The notes under the pieces are model-generated. The model was not told the origin of the DNA. It saw only the letters and a program-made list of their open reading frames with translations, and ran no database searches. A DNA stretch of 64,000 nucleotides. It comes from Vicugna vicugna. Its lineage: Eukaryota. Within the stretch, counting starts at the first letter, position 1; the number at the start of each line of letters is the position of its first letter. Positions 29,420 to 43,299 of this stretch are shown here, piece by piece. The translations under genes and the position numbers were made by a program. The DNA lies in assembly GCA_013265495.1 (NCBI GenBank), contig MU058418.1, positions 2,506,917 to 2,570,916 on the forward strand, read 5' to 3'.

Positions 29420-29659
29420 TTAAATTCTGCAATTAAAAAATTTTCATGCAATTTTAAAGGTTACTTTCCAGTTACAGTTATTATAAAATATTGGCTGTAT
29501 TTCCCATGTTGTACAATACATTCTTGAGCCTATCTATCTTACATCCAATAGTTTGTACCTCTCACTCCCCACTGGTAATCACTAGTTTGCTCTCTATATC
29601 TGTGAGTTTGCTTCTTTTTTGTTGTAGTCACTAGTTTGTTGTATTTTTTTAGATTCCAC
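29420..29659 (-). mobile_element. Nested antisense L1 3' tip of a different subfamily
   Basis: Interrupts the host L1. TSD ATG(C/T)AATTT at 29411-29419 and 29660-29668. Confidence 0.7.
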
Positions 29660-31600
29660 ATGTAATTTAAGACTGTAATGAGATACCACCTCACAACTGT
29701 TAGAACTGCTATTCTCAAAAAAACAAGAGATAACAAATGTTAGTGAGGATGTGGAGAAAAGGGAACCCTTGTGTACTATTGGTGGGAATGTAAATTGGAA
29801 CAGCTACTATGGAAAACAGAATGGAGACTCCTTAACAAGATTAAAAAGAGAATTACCACATGATCCAGCAATCCCCTTTCTGGGTATATATCTGAAGGAA
29901 ATGAAATCACTATTTTGAAGAGGTATCTGCAACCCCATGTTCACTACAGCATTTTTCACAGTAGGCAAGGCATGGAAACAACATAATGTCCAATGATGAA
30001 TGAATGGATAAAGAAAATGTGAAATGTAGAGTATATATAATGAAAGGATACTCAGTGATAAAAATGAAGGAAATCCTCCCATTTGAGACTAACTTGACGG
30101 CATCATGCTAAGTGAAATAAGCCAGATAGAGAAAGAATACTGTATGATTTCACTTACATGTAGAATCCAAAAAAGCTGAACTCAGAAATACAGAGTAGAA
30201 TGGTAGTTGCCAGGGACTGGGGATTGAGGGAAATGGGGAGATGATGGTCAAAGGGTACAAACTTCCAGGTATGAGATTAATAAATTCTGGGGAATCCAAC
30301 ATATAGCATAGTAACTGTATTTAACAATATTGTATTAAACACTTAAAAGTTGCTAAGAGAGTAGATCTAAATGTTTTTACAACAAAAAAAGGTAACTATG
30401 TGAAGTGATGGATGTGTTAACTAATCTTATTGTGGTAATCAGTTCACAAGACATACCTGTATCATATTATCACATTGTACACCTTGAATTTATACAATGT
30501 TATATGTCAATTACATCTCAATGAAGCTGCGGGGAAAAGGCCCTGGTACACAGTAAGCACACAATGAACACTGCTTTATCATAATTTCTCACCAACACTG
30601 ACTGTTAGGAGATACAATTGATAGTACTCTCTGGCTCATTTTAAAGGGGGAAAAGTATATGGAAGCAGTGTTAAGAGAGTAAAGATGATGATGAACCACA
30701 GCTTTTCCAACTTAATATGGAATGTATGAATATAGCACTCTCCCACAAAAGGGTACAGATGAAACTAATTTTAGGAACCAGCCAGTTATCAGTTAAGGTA
30801 AGGAAATGAAAAGTAAGTTTGGAGAAGAGGATGAAAACAACTATATGTAGGGAAGTTTGCAGGTCACAGAGGCAGAAGCTCTCTGGAGCACAACGGAAGG
30901 ATCTGAGAAAGATGCAGAAATGGGTCAAACAAAGAACTGTTCAAAGCAGAATGAAGATATGAGTCCAGAAGATAATTAAAAACAAGGCTTGGCTTTTTGC
31001 CAGTTGACACAGATAAACAGTGATATGAGGCACAGTAAAATTACTCTAGGTCCTTTCAAAGAGTATGGGCACTCTCTTTGGCTTATGCTATAGTCCTGAA
31101 GGTGTTAAAAGATGATGCTTGGCATGAAGAAGCAAATACCCTTTCAAACTTTATCACATGTTGTCATACATCTAATTACTGGCATTGCGGGGATAATAAT
31201 CTCAGTTTTGACTTCCAATTCAGTGTTTCCTTCATTATAACATATTGACACTCTCTCCTAAATATTTTTTTTCTTTTTCAGCTTTATTAGGTAGAATTGT
31301 TACAGTCTGACTGCACATATACATTATATTGCATGTAAATACATATATACAATATACTGCACATTTAAAAAATTTACATATGTGTACTTATCATTGTTTC
31401 GAAGAACAGATTAGAGCTTTAGCTTTTTAAAATTACATAGTTATCAAAGGAATATAGCCAACCACAAATAAGAATCAACAGAATGCAATAATTCAATCAT
31501 AAAGGACAGCCAAACTGTGTTTACACATATTCAAGAAATCAATCTAACTTATAAATAAGTAGTTCTTTTGCGTCATTTATTTTTTTTTATTACTGCCCCA

Positions 31601-32189
31601 TGTGATAGGCAGAATTCTAAGATAGTCCCCAGATCTCCAGCCCCTCTGTACTGCTACTTCTATGATTATATGTTACAAGAGATTCTGAAGACGTAATTAG
31701 GATCACTAATTAGTTGACCTTAATATACAAAGATTATATGCATGGGTTTAACCTAATCACATGAGCCCTTTAAAAACAGAGTGTTTTCTTCAGCTGATGA
31801 CAGAAGAGGAAGTCAGAGATTCAAATTATGAAGGAGACTCACCATGCCATTGCTGACTTGAAGATGGAAAGGACCTGAGAGTAGCCTCTAGGAGCTAAGA
31901 GTGACCTCTGGCTGACAGGAATAAAACAAGAACCTCAGTTCTCAACTGCAGGGAACTGGATTCTGCCAATTCAAATTGAACTGAATGAGCTTGGAAGCTG
32001 ATTTCCCCCAGAGCCTCTAGAAAGGAATGTAGCCCAGTCAGCACCTTGATTTTATCCTTGTGAGACTCTAAGCAGAAAAACAGCGAAGCCCACCAAAATT
32101 TTTGATCTATAAAACTGTGAGATAATAGGAGCTATTTTAATCTGCTATATTTGTGGCAATTTGTTAAGCAGCAACAGAAAATTAAGACA
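31601..32189 (+). mobile_element. MaLR MLT1-type solo LTR, nested in an old antisense L1 3' fragment (about 31265-32640)
   Basis: TG...CA ends, with MLT1 motifs (GGCAGAATTCTAAGAT ... TTGTTAAGCAGCAACAGAAAATTAAGACA). Confidence 0.8.
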
Positions 32190-34892
32190 CTGCACACACT
32201 TAGAGTGTACAATTTGATTAGTTTTAACAGTTTAACACTGTGAAATCACTACAGCAACTCCTTAATTTTTCTCTGTGTCCCTCTGCAATCCCTCTCTCCA
32301 CCCATGCCTGCAAGCAACTACCAACTTGCTTTCTGTCACTATAGATTCTTTGCTTGTTGTAGAGTTCTATATATGTGGAATCATATTTACTCTTTTTTGC
32401 CCCTTCTTTCCATTAGCCTAATCATTTTTTTTAGGTTCATCCATGTTGTTGCATGTATCAATAATTCGTTCATTAATTGTTGAATTTTATTGTTCACTGT
32501 ATGGATGTATCCTAATTTATCCATTGATCTGTTCATGGATATTTGGGTTATTTTGGGGTTTGGCTATTACAAATTAAGTTACTATGAACAGTTTGTGCAA
32601 GTCTGTGTGTGAATATATGTTTTTGTTTTTCTTGGATAAATAATACATACGTGTGTTTTAAGGGCCTAGGGTGGGGCACAGGAGAGGGTAAGTGATAGGC
32701 AAAGAGTTCAGGGTGCCTTTGGTGCAAAAAATGAGAGGGATTCTTTTGAGTTCCAAAAGTAGATTTCAGGAAAAGCTATGAGCTTTCCTCTTCTGTATCT
32801 GGAAAAAATGTTAGAGGAACTAGGATTCTACAAACAGTTTGAATAATAGCAAGGAAGATGGACTGACAAACAGAGACTTAAGTCTTTTCTTTCTAAATTC
32901 TACTTTTTTACCAATATATCTTTCTTTCAGTGGTTTTATTTTGTTGCCTATATGCTTAATAAAGTACAGTATCATACAGATAACGTTTAATGCATTTTCA
33001 ACGCATTATTGCAAAGATGTCTGCATTCCAGATTTCTCATTTACTATGATGAACAATGTAACTTTGTCCTCTGTGAACAGGCTACATGACAAGAACCATG
33101 GCCCAGCCTTAACCTGACCTCTATGGAAGGACCACAGTTCAGCAAGAACCCAGCATATATGGGTAGTCTTCAATTTAATATGTATTACACATGTAAGCAA
33201 ATAAAGGGGTCTAAAACAAAACACATAATGCACAGACTTTGTTACCACCAACTTAGCTTAATAAATCGAAAGTTTATTATCAAGCAATTCTGAAACAAGT
33301 GGTGAAAAATCAGAGTTCTACCCGTCTCATCGACATATTTGAGTGATTATTGGGCATGTCAGTGAATATATTTTAGAAAATACATTCAAAAGTGTTTTTA
33401 AAGAGTAAAAGTATTTTGAATTCATCAAGAATGATTACTTATCAAAAATATTTTCTTTCACGGGGGACAGGTCCTAGAACTAGAGATGAATTCTGCTTAA
33501 CCTCTATTTTTCCATGATTCCTCTTCTGTGAGAGTCTCCTCTGACTAATCACATTTTAACTTTTTCATTGTACAGTATTCTCAAAACAAGCAAGATATAA
33601 ACTAAGAAATATCAGGCAGACAGTACACTGCTTGCTTCAAAAGTCACAAAACAAAGACAGGAGTAGAAAGAATACTTCCTAACTCTATGAAACTGGTATT
33701 ACACTAATATAAAAACAAGATAAAGATGTGTCAGGAAAAGAAAACTACAAACCAACATCTCTCATGAACATAGATGCAAAAATCCTCTACAAAAATTAGC
33801 AAAATGAATCCAATAAGGTATATAAAAAAATTATACACCACGGCCAAGTGGGATTCATTCTAGTTGTGGAAAACTGGGTCAACAGTCAAAAGTCAATCAA
33901 ACGAATCTATCATTTTAACAGGCTATAGAAGAAAAGTTACATGATCATATTAATAGATGAAGAAAAAACATCTGACAAAATCCAACACCCATTCACGATA
34001 AATTCAGAATGACCAGCAAACTAGGAGTAGAGGGTAACTTCCTCAACCTGATAAAGAACATCTAATAGCTAAGGCTGTTACCTCAGCTAACATCATACTT
34101 CATGGTGAGAAACCAGAAGCTTTCCTGCCGAGATCAGAAACAAGGCAAGGATGTCCTGTATCACCACATCCTACTCAAAGTCTCAGCTAATGCAGTAAGA
34201 CAATAAAAGGGAAGGGTATACAATTTGAGAAGAAAGAAAGAAAACTGTCTTTATTCACAGACGTTTGCCTATGTAGAAAATCCAAAATAACCAACCAAAA
34301 ACCTCCTGGAATTGATGTTATTATAGCAAGGCTGCAGGATACAAAGTTAATATATAAAACTCAATTGTTTTTCTATATACTAGCAATACATAATTGGAAC
34401 TTGAAATTAATAACACATCATTTACATCAGCAGCCCCCAAACCAAAATACTTAGGTATAAATGTAACAAAATATGTGTAAGATCTACATGAGGAAAACTA
34501 CAAAATTCTGATTAAAAATCAAAAAAGAACTAAATAAATGGATATTTCATATTCATAGACGGGGAGACTCAATATTCAAGATGTCAGTTCTTCCCAACTT
34601 GACCTTTAGATTCAATGCAATCCCAATTAAAATCCTAGCAAGTTATTTTGTAGCCATCAATACACTGATTCTGAAGTTTATACAGAAAGCCAAAAGACCC
34701 ATAACAGCCAATGCAATATTGAAGGGAAAGAAAAAGTTGGAGGACTGACACTACTTGACTTCAAGACTTAGTATAAAGCTATAGTAAGCAAGACTGTGAT
34801 ACTGGCAAAAGCACAGACAAATAGATCAATAGAACAGAATAGAGAGCTCAGAAATAGACCCACATAAATACAGTGAAGGAGCGAAGGCAATA

Positions 34893-35191
34893 CGGGCATA
34901 CCTCTTTTACTGCACTTCACAAATACTACATTTCTTACAAATTGAAGGTTTGCGGCAACTGTGTTGTCAGATGATGGTTAGCATTTTTTAGCAATAAATT
35001 ATTCTTTAAATTAAGGTATGTACATTGTTTTTCTAGACATAATGCTATCACACACTTAACAGACTACAGTATAGTATAAATATAACTTTTATATGCACTG
35101 AGAAACAAAAAAACTTGTATGACTCGCTTGTGACATTCACTTTATTGGAGTGGTCTGGAACCAAACCCACAACATGTCTGAGGTATGCCTG
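34893..35191. mobile_element. Tigger1-derived non-autonomous DNA transposon, 299 bp
   Basis: TIRs CGGGCATACCTC ... GAGGTATGCCTG with TA target duplication. Confidence 0.85.
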
Positions 35192-36156
35192 TACAATGGA
35201 GCAAAGACAGTCTTTTCAACAAATGGTGTTGTACAACTGGACATCTACATGCTTTTTCACTTTTTTAGTGAACACAGGCACAGACCTTACACCTTTCACA
35301 AAAATTAACTCAAAATGAATCACAGACCTAAATGTGAAATGAAAAACTATGAAACTTCTAGAAGATAACATAGGAGAAAATCCAGATGACCTTGGGGTTG
35401 GCAGTGACTTTTTAGATATTTTAACACCAGATCCATGAAAAAATAATTTATAAGCTAGACTTTATTAAAAGTAAAAATTTCTGCTCTACAAAAGACCATC
35501 AAGAGACTGAGAAGACAAGTCACAATTAGGGAGAAAATATCTGCAAAAGACTTAAAAAGGACTGTTTATCCAAAATATACAAAAAAATTCTTTAAAGAGT
35601 AAAAGAAAAAAAAAACGAAAAAACCCAAAACCTGATTAAAAACTGGGCAAAAGATCTAAACAGACACTTCATCAAAAAAGATATATAGATGGCAAATAAG
35701 CATATGCAAAGATGTTCAACATCTATGTCATTAAAGAACTGCAAATCAAAACAACGGGACACCACTGCATACCTATTAGTATGGCCAGAACCCAGAACAC
35801 TGACAATACAAAATACCGATGAGGATGTAAAGCAACAGGAATCTCACTCACTGCTATTGTTGGGGAGGATGCATACTGGGAAGACAGTTCGGCAGTTTCT
35901 TACAAAACTAAATAAACCCTTACAATATGACCTAGTAATCAAGTTCTTTGGTATTTACCCAAGGAATCCTATAGTTGAAACTCGATTTGTTTTGTTGTAT
36001 CCACACAAACACCTGCACGTGGAACGGTTTACAGTAGCTTGGTTCATAACTGCCAAAACCTGGAAGCAACCAAGATGTCCTTCAGCAGGTAAAGGGATAA
36101 AGTATGGCATAGATAGCCAAACAACGTAAAATTATTCAGTGCTAAAAAGAAATGAG

Positions 36157-36719
36157 AAAGTATAGCCGAAAAACCAGCCTCTGAACCTCAATAGCCAAAC
36201 TGAGACTTAGAAGCAGATTTTGGGGAGAATTAGAAAAGGAAAGCTTTATTGCTTTGCCAGGCAAAGGGGAGTCACAGCAGGCAACTTAGAGACGATGAAT
36301 TCATCTTGGGGTTGGTGTCCTGAGGTTTTATAGAAAAACCGGATAGAACAGAAAGGCGACGACAATCAAGGGTGTTTTCCGGGGTACTATATACTTCTTA
36401 ATCTTGATGAATCCATCTGGGGTCATGGAGAAACTCTGAAGGGTCTGTTCATTCTTCTGAGGCTATCAGCCCATGACCACCTTCCTGGAACACAGCTTCT
36501 GGGTTAAAGGACAAACTATTCTGGGTGAAGAATGTACAGAGAGTGGAGAGTATAATGGAAAGGTTGGGGGCTGTTTAGCACAAAAGCAGTTGAGCAAGTG
36601 AAGCAAAAATGGGGGTCTGTCAAATAATAGAAAAACAAGTCGCAAGAATTTTAAGTCAGAATGAATCAGCAAACAGTTTTAGCATCAGGGAAGCCATTTT
36701 GTTAGCTTCTTACTCTTCA
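36157..36719 (-). mobile_element. ERV-type solo LTR
   Basis: Minus strand starts TGAAGAG...AAAATGGCTTCC, with TATAAAA at 36332-36326 and AATAAA at 36250-36245. It splits the host L1 motif AAATGAG|CTATC. Confidence 0.7.
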
Positions 36720-37684
36720 CTATCAAACCATGAAAAGACATGGAGGAACCTTAAATGTATTATCACTAAGAGAAAGCAGCAAATCTGAAAAGGCTGCATA
36801 CTGTGACATTCTGGAAAAGATAAAACTATGGAGACAGTAAAAAAAAAAAAAAAATCAGTGTTTGCCAGAGTTTTGGAGGAGGGAAGAGATGCATATAGGC
36901 AGAGCAAAGAGAATTTTTAGGGCATTCTGTATGATGCTAAAATAGTAGATACATGCCATCAGACATTTGTCAAAATCTACAGACTATGTAACACCAAAAA
37001 TGAACCCTAATGTAAACTATGGACTTTGAATAGTAATGATGTGTTAATGCAGGTTCATTGATTGCAACAAACTTTACCACTCTGGTGCAGGATGTTGATA
37101 CTGGCATAGACACACATATGTAGAGAGAGGGATGTGTGTGGGAAATCTGTACTTTCTGCTCAATTTTGCTGTGAACCTAAAACTGCTATAAAAAATAAAA
37201 TCCCTTTTAAAAAAGTCATAAATGATGTGAATATACTTAGTGCCACGGAATTGAACACTTTCAAAATGATTAAAATGGTAAGATGTTATGTATATTTTAC
37301 CACAATTTTCAAAAAGTCATAAGAAGGTTCTAACAATACTAGGAATTAAGAAGGTATTCTTCTCAGATGTCTATATCCTCTTCATCTCTTCTTAGTCAAA
37401 ACTACTGCCTTACTGTTCAGACTGCTGTAACAGAATAACAGACTGGGTAGTTTGTAAACAAAAAAATTTATTTCCTACAGTGCTAGAGAGTGGAAAGTCC
37501 AAGATCAAGATATCTGGTGAGGGCTTGCTTCTTAGTTCATAGACTGCTGCTTTCTTCTCGCTGTGTCTACACGTGGCCAAAAGGGCAAAGAAGCTTTTAT
37601 AATAACATCATCATTTAAGAAGGGGTCTACTTTAGGGTGATATTTTTTTCTAACTACTTCCTTCTGACTTAGGCCTGAAATAGC

Positions 37685-37868
37685 AAGCTCTAATTCAAAA
37701 TGTGGTCATTAAGCCAGAATCAGTAGTATTAGCATCACCTAGTATCACCTGGTAACATGTAAGAAGTGCAAAATTTTAGTCCCATCCCGTAACTTCTGAT
37801 CAGAATCTGCTTTTTAACAAGATTCCCAGGAAATTAGAATGCACAATAAAGTTTGAGTACAGTGTTCT
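37685..37868. mobile_element. MER5-like hAT-Charlie MITE
   Basis: Motifs AGCATCACC...TCAGAATCTGCTTTTTAACAAGATTCCCAGG. Confidence 0.6.
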
Positions 37869-39129
37869 AGAAGACTTAGCTCTTGTGTGTCCCTTCTACT
37901 TCCTCCTTTAGACTCTCAGCAAGAGGCATGAATGAATTCCAGCAATAAAGGAAGCAAAGTACAACAAAATCTAAAGTTTTTAATAAAAGGAGAAAGGTAG
38001 GAATGCAGTAGTACAAACTCGAATTTTAAAAAGGTACTAAAGGTGTAGCTGGGAAAAGAGAAACATTCACTAGAAAAATCAGTAGTATACCAAGCCAAAA
38101 TGGAATGTCAGTATCAGAGAATATGGGTAAGGAGAAAGCAGATGAATGCTTGTGAAAAGAAAAAGTTTGATAGATAGGGAAACTAGGGTGAAAGACTAGA
38201 AAGAGTTTACTAATGAGAAAAAAATGATACCCTACAATAATTCTATTTTGAATTCTCATTTTGACCAAAATATTTCTGAACTCTTTTACCCTGAACAGTT
38301 TTAAGACTATAATGTTTTAAAAATACCAATGTCATTCTCAGATTGCATTTACACATCAAAAGTAGAATCTTTCCTTGATTACAATGAAAATAGTTAGCTT
38401 CTTCATTTTATGGAAAGCAGGGTTCAAAGAATGACCAGAGACACCAGAGAGCAAACATGAGATGAAACCTATTTCAGTTTTAGTATCACATATATCATTA
38501 AGATAATAAACTAACATTGGCATTTTACACTCTAGCAATGGATGAAATATATTTATTTACTTTGTCCTATAGCAAAAATATTGCTAGTTGTACTTAATCT
38601 GTAAAATTTTAAAGGCAGTTCCCTACAGTGGTTAGGAGTATAGAGTCTGACAACAGAGGAGATGGGTTTGAATCTGGCTCTGCCACTTACAAATTGTGCT
38701 AAGGAGTTTAATCTCTCTGTGCCTCTGGGATTAATACTACCTGGTTGATGAGAATTAAATAAAATAAGTGACTAGCAGAAGGCCTGGTAATATAGCAAAC
38801 AAAACCTCAAAAATGTTAATTATTATTTCTGTGAAAAAAATTATGTCTTAAAGAAGAATCTTCCAAAGATAAAGGGTTACCCTATCTTATCATAATTGGA
38901 ATGACTTTCTTTCATTTTAAAAAACAATATCTGAATGAAAGGGAACAGAAGTAGTCTGGATTTCTGCCACCCTCCCTTTTATAAACTATTATCTTGCATG
39001 ACCACAGAATCCATTATGTATATGCTTCTAGAAAAATGCTTTGTTGAATCTTCAGACAGACTTCTGGTCTTTAACATAATCAATAATCAGATCTGAATGT
39101 TAGTTTTAAAAGACTCAGCAGAACAGAAG

Positions 39130-39945
39130 TACTGCGGTCTGTTTTTATCCACACCTTACTTATGACAACAAATGTGTAGATTCTCCACACCAAGCAGTTT
39201 TCCAGTTCTCTGTGGATATCAACTGGGTGTCCAACAAGTCAATTCAATTTTGACATTAACTACCAGGAGTTAGTGCAACTCCATAGGTTGCTCACTCCAA
39301 CAAGACTGTTTTCACTTCAGAAGACAGTCAAAAGTCTCAGGACTCCCAACATTCTCAACAATAGGCTATAAATCGGCGGTTCCCAAGACCCCCTTCTAAG
39401 GTTTGATAATTTGCTAGACCAGCTCGTGAAACTCAGGAAGGCACTATACTTAGTATTTCTGGTTTTTTATGAAAGATATAACTCAAGAACAGCCAAGTGA
39501 AAATACATATGGGCAAGGTATTGGGGGTAGGGAGAAAACAGTGCAGAGCTTCCATGCCCTGGTCTGGGCGCATCACCCATCCAGCACCTGAATGTGTTCA
39601 TCATTCTGGAAACTCTCCAAAATCTGTAGTTTAAGGGTTTTTAAAAAGGTTTCACTACACAGGCATGGCCGATTAAATCACTGGTCACTAGTGATTAACT
39701 TACTGTCTAGCCCGTCTTCCATTCTTGGAGGCTGGAGAGTAAGGCTGAAAGTTCCAAGCTTCTAATCAAGGCTTGGTCTTCTGGTCCACATCCTGAAGCT
39801 ATCTAGGGGGGCCCCTGCCACTAGTCATCTCACTTGCATACAAAAAGACACTCACTCCTCTCAGAAATTCAAAGGTTTTAGGAGCTTGTGCCAGAAACCG
39901 AGGACAAAGAACAACTGTATGTTTCTTATTATATCACAGTATCAC
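39130..39945. mobile_element. MER21-like LTR
   Basis: Characteristic motifs (CACACCAAGCA...AACTGGGTGTCC; TTTCTTATTATATCACAGTATCACA at the end). Confidence 0.65.
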
Positions 39946-40499
39946 AAAAAGCAATTTTGCAATTAAAAATGAAGATTAAAAAAGACTTAAAAGATAAAAA
40001 ATAAAAAGTAAAATGAAGATATATCTTAGTCATTTATCCTTGTGCTTATACTCCTCTAACAGTCTAAAAGTACATTTGGTTACATTGTTGTAGATACTAT
40101 TAAGTCAGAAGGCAATGATACACTCACCTCCTTTTTATACCAAAGGATGAAGGATAGAAAAAAAGAGATCGTTTTCAAATTTCTAAAAGTTCACCTGCAT
40201 ACAATCTGTCTTCCAAAAATGATAAAAACTGTGAAATTATTCTTTTTGTGAGGATACATTCCTTGCAAATAACACTTCTCTTTGAAATTCCATGCTATTT
40301 AAGGAAAGTATAAACCTTAGTCTCCATCTTCTTTTCACCTCCCACATTACCCCAGGGCCATGACTCCCTACTTTATTCTATAATTAAATAACAAGTCAAT
40401 TCTGTGTGATAATTTTTAAAAATAATTTTCCATTGTTAACCATAGGTATGCAAACTTAAGTGCCTCCAGACCTATGGGAAATTTGATATTACCACAAAT

Positions 40500-40999
40500 T
40501 CTTTGCAACTCTTTAATATATTATTTACATATTCCTTGAAAATAGGCTGGTTTTGTGATTTGTTTTGACAATACCATGTGGTATAAGTGATGCTGTGATT
40601 TCTAAGTCTAGGCCTCAAGAAACCTCCCAACTCCTACGAATGCTTTCTTAGAACTCTTCCACAGATAAACTCAGATAGTCTCCTGGAGATACATGGCCCA
40701 GTTAATATCCAGAACCAACTGGAAATGACACAACACTGTAAACTGACTATAACTCAATTAAAAAAAAATCCAGAACCAACTGCCAGACATGTGAATAAGG
40801 TCCTCTTAGACTATTTAACCCCAGTTGGGTCACCAGATAACTGGAGTCATGTGAGTAACCTTGATAAAATCAGTAGATGAATTGTTCAGCAGATTCCAGC
40901 CCAAATTCCTAGCCTACAGAACTATAAGCAAATAAAATGGTTGTTTTAAGCCACTGAGGTTTGGAGTGGCTTATTATCCTGTGATGGATAACAGATACA
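40500..40999 (+). mobile_element. MLT1-type MaLR LTR containing a 46-bp L1 tip
   Basis: MLT1 3' motif AATAAAATGGTTGTTTTAAGCCACT...GATACA. Confidence 0.65.
40722..40767 (+). mobile_element. Ultra-truncated camelid-type L1 (last 46 nt)
   Basis: Matches the L1 terminus at about 6495-6534. Perfect 15-bp TSD ATCCAGAACCAACTG at 40707-40721 and 40768-40782. Confidence 0.9.
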
Positions 41000-41863
41000 A
41001 GTCCACAACCCCCTTCTAAAGAAATAAAACTATTTTTGCACAGAGTAAAACTAATGAGTTGTACTACTTTGCCTTCAATTAAATCAAACTGATAATCCGA
41101 TCACAACTACTGGATTGGTATTTGACCTAAAAGTAGCCACAAATAACAAGACATAGGAAAGGTATGTCATCTATAAAGTGATACAACACAAAATTCTGCC
41201 CCAGTGGACAACTCCATGGAAGACAGTGACAAACAAATTCAAATCCTTTATTAGATAACATGAATGCAATATAAACACTGAAAAACTGGTCATTAAAGCT
41301 GCTACTGCATTCTGAACATAATGTAAATCTTTATCCTGTAGGCACTAGGATTCAGGGGGCTGTGTGTCTGCTTAGCCTCTTTGTGATCCTACTCAAGAGT
41401 AAGCCTCCATTGCCTAAGGAAATCTAAGCACTTTTCTTTACCATCTGAAAGGACCTAATATACTATATTAATTTCATCTATAGTAACACTTTTAGTGTTT
41501 TCTTTTTTAAAGTTCATAAAATATTTCTAAATAATCTCATTTGAGAGGCAACATGGCATATTGCACAGAGCACAGACTTTGGGCCAGGGAGACCTAAGTT
41601 CAATTATACTAATCATGTGATCACTAACAGTAGTTTTAAGGATTAAAAATAAGAGAAAGACATGTAAACTTTTTAAAGTAATTGGCAAATAACAGCATCC
41701 AATTAATTGTTTTTCTATAACTTAGTAAGATTTGTTAAGGACATCAATACTACCAATTGGCTTTTGTTATGTAACAAAACCATCTAAAAATTAGTAGCAT
41801 AAAATAATAACCCATTCTGAGTCAGCAATTTAGGCTATGCTCAGCTGGGCAGTTCTGTTGAAC

Positions 41864-42338
41864 TGTATTGGTTTCCAACTGCTGCTGTAGCAAATCACCA
41901 CAAATGTAGTGGCTTACACAATGCAAATTTATTATTTTACAGTTCTGGAAATCAGAACTCTCACTGGGCTAAAGCCAAGATGTCTACAGGGCTGGGTTCC
42001 TTCTAGAGGATCCATGGGAGAAACTATTCTTTGCCTTGCCTGGCTTCTAGACAGTCTGCATTCCTTGGCTCCTGACCTTTCATCTTCACAGCCTGCAATC
42101 CCATCACTCCAACCCCTACTTCTCCCATGATGTCTCCTTCTTTGACTCTCTTGACCCTCTTCCCCTCATAACAACTCTTTTGATTACACTGAGCCTATCT
42201 GGGTAATCCAGCTAATCTCCCCTCTGTAAGATCTTTAATCACCTCTGCAGAGTTCCTTTTGCCAAGTAAGGTAACATGTTCACAGATCCAGGGATTAGGA
42301 CATGGACATCTTTGGGGGGACATTATTTTACCCACCAG
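41864..42338 (-). mobile_element. MLT1-type MaLR solo LTR
   Basis: TGTATTGGTTTCC...GCTGTAGCAAATCACCAC start and GGACATCTTTGGGGGGACATTATT end. Confidence 0.75.
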
Positions 42339-43299
42339 AGCCACAAAATTAATTAAAAAAATACCTTTTTTGGACTTTAGAACTACAGATAAGGAATTTT
42401 GGACCTGTATATCCAAAGGTAGTGTAAGACCAGTGATATAAGAAAAGCACAGGATAACTGTAGAAATATAATGAATGGGAAGATGACAACCAGCTAAGTA
42501 TTAGGAAAAACTCAATGAAATAGACAGTATTTGATGAGAGCCTTCAAAGATGCAAAAGGATTATGACAGATGAACACTGATGCAAAAGGTAATTTTCAGA
42601 CATACTTGCTCTCAAAACTTTTCAGAGACATACAAAACAGCAACAATAAATTCAGAGAGTGAAAAATATAGTATATATATTTGGAGAAGAAAAAGAATGA
42701 AGTTTGACTGAACTGTATAGAATAAAAGTAGGAGAATAGTGAAAGAAAACAAAGATAAACTGAAGACAGACACAATGGGCTATATTGCTTGTCAGAATGA
42801 AGAGTTTGTCCTTAATCCTGGAGGAAGTGAGCAGTCAGGTGGAAATAGTTTTGAACTAAGAAATGATGTGACATGATTGGTGTTATACTGGAGAAAGATT
42901 AACTTGGCAAGAGGATTGATTCAAATTGGGAAAAGCAGAAGAGTAGCAGATAAATGATTCATAAAGAAGTAATAAGCACTTTAGGGTGATGAGAGAAGTA
43001 GAATGATGTCAAGATCACTAAAATTCATAGGACATTTTCACCAACATGATTTTAATAAAAGAAGCTACAGGTTATAGTGCTTATAGTGTGTTAGGTATCA
43101 CTCTATGAAAGAGTTTAACTGCATTTTATAGATGAGAAGACAAAGTCATAGAGAGTGTAAGCAATCCTACACTGAGTAAGTATCATGGCTGGGATCTGAA
43201 TGCAGGTGGATATGACCCCAAAGTCCAAATGAATATGAGCCTGCAATGTCATAATGTTAAGGTCTTTAACTTGAAAGCTAAAAAAATTGATTAGTGAAA

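Larger units (their letters stand above)
26240..30530 (+). mobile_element. Large L1 (L1MA-like), ORF2 plus 3'UTR, disrupted, with two nested younger L1 pieces
   Basis: RT remnants (27036-27227 [18 protein letters not shown]...; 28278-28478) followed by an L1 3'UTR. Sits inside a MIR-like element. Confidence 0.9.
33650..37320 (+). mobile_element. Old L1 (L1MB/MC-like), ORF2 plus 3'UTR, with nested Tigger1 derivative and ERV LTR
   Basis: RT and C-terminal remnants (ORF 35689-36129 ...TAKTWKQPRCPS...). Confidence 0.85.

Noticed and set aside
32640..33640. About 1 kb of unassigned sequence between two L1 fragments, considered as a possible second captured insert
   Set aside because: I found no recognisable coding similarity, TSD or poly(A), so it cannot be supported without a database search.
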